Of a stretch of 64,000 nt of DNA, positions 63,390 through 64,000 are shown piece by piece. The stretch spans positions 682,001 to 746,000 of the forward strand of contig NEEC01000023.1 of the NCBI GenBank assembly GCA_002189035.1, read 5' to 3'. The position numbers were made by a program, and so were the translations under genes. This stretch comes from Utricularia gibba (taxonomy: Eukaryota; Plantae; Magnoliophyta). Numbering within the stretch: the first letter of the stretch is position 1; each line of letters begins with the position of its first letter. The notes beneath the pieces are model-generated. The model saw only the letters and a list, made by a program, of their open reading frames with translations, had not been told where the DNA came from and ran no database searches.

Positions 63390-64000
63390 GAACCCAGGTC
63401 CTGAGAAATCGGGCGGCGGCGGCGGCTTCCAAGCTTCAGGAGTAACCGCGTATCTCCCGGCCGAGAGTTTCGTGTACGTTTCTTTTCACTAAACGATAGC
63501 TTTTGGATTATTCTCTGCTGTCCTTATCGAATTCTATGTGCCTCCCTCTCTTTTGTTTTGTCTTATTTTTCGACCGAAGTAATGGATGTGCTATTGCTAC
63601 TCTACTCTTCTCCTTAAATGGAATTGCTTGCTATTGGGATTTTTTTCCTTGTTTGAAATCGGTACTGGAACCTTTGTTTCTTCAATGGAATAGACTGAAA
63701 GATATACACTTGCAGAGCAAAGCGGTGTAGGGACTCATCGGACGAGAATTTTGAACCCTAAAGTCAGATTCTTTCTTAAAATGTTTGTCATATAGGGATC
63801 AGAAGGGTCAAGGAGCCCAGGAAAGAATTTGCTGTGACGCTTGAGGGATGGTATGCGGTTTCGATTTTTCAAGTATTTGGATCAAGTCCAGTGCATGTGT
63901 TAAAGTCTGTTCCTTTTATTTTTTTTTTTTTTTGTTGAATTCATGGTTAGCGGAATCAGTTTACCTTGAGGAAAATTCTGTGCTGTGAACAAGAAGACTT
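63390..64000 (+). other. Probable 5' end (leader exons/introns) of the next gene, extending beyond the window
   Basis: GC-rich leader with a (CGG)5 run, T-rich intron-like sequence, TTGCAG acceptor ~63715 and GTATG donor ~63851. No product recognised. Confidence 0.35.

Noticed and set aside
434-63730. Most ORF-track entries of 60-200 aa (e.g. 6022-6627, 23458-24084, 58562-59170, 2853-3209, 33903-34352)
   Set aside because: They are antisense or off-frame shadows of real genes, or intron read-throughs, with no recognisable motifs.
1784-63765. AAACCCTA(A) motifs as telomerase-RNA template or interstitial telomere
   Set aside because: They are single copies, mostly near promoters or leaders (telo-boxes), with no arrays and no USE/TATA Pol III context.
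1-64000. CRISPR arrays, rRNA genes, transposase/RT/integrase ORFs, TAS3 or IPS1-type elements
   Set aside because: No regularly spaced repeat-spacer arrays or diagnostic sequences (tasiARF, miR390/miR399 sites, RT/RNaseH/DDE motifs) were found by eye.

Overview
This is nuclear DNA from a flowering plant with an unusually compact genome: about 26 protein-coding genes in 64 kb, mostly 70-120 bp introns, and no recognisable transposon. A reduced-genome eudicot such as Lentibulariaceae is plausible, but that is inference only. Gene order: GIS/ZFP8-like C2H2 zinc finger, UTP11, AHA1, two convergent spliced units without long ORFs, POLD2, VQ protein, Pro-rich secreted peptide, OPA3-like, eIF1, LEA14, a third ORF-poor unit, pectate lyase, SPCS3, EF-hand/TPR/ZZ protein, DPH5, AP-2 sigma, two uncharacterised genes, PLS-PPR, a class III peroxidase pseudogene, MIR171, a small membrane protein, NDUFB2, GlcAT14-like, cap methyltransferase, an uncharacterised gene, bHLH112-like, a motor-less myosin VIII, THE1-like kinase, tRNA-Gly(TCC) and an RD26-like NAC. 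About 17 single-base indels, nearly all in homopolymer runs, break 12 conserved genes; these are most likely assembly errors rather than biology. The most interesting items are: (1) a cleanly spliced 'headless' class VIII myosin; (2) a PER64-like peroxidase pseudogene whose distal-His motif lies on the opposite strand; (3) a spliced ORF-poor transcript carrying tandem U12-type 5' splice sites with a fitting branch point and AC acceptor; (4) a PPR gene that has lost its DYW domain; (5) local duplications of splice-acceptor/exon starts. All family assignments come from motif recognition and recalled homologues; no database search was run.
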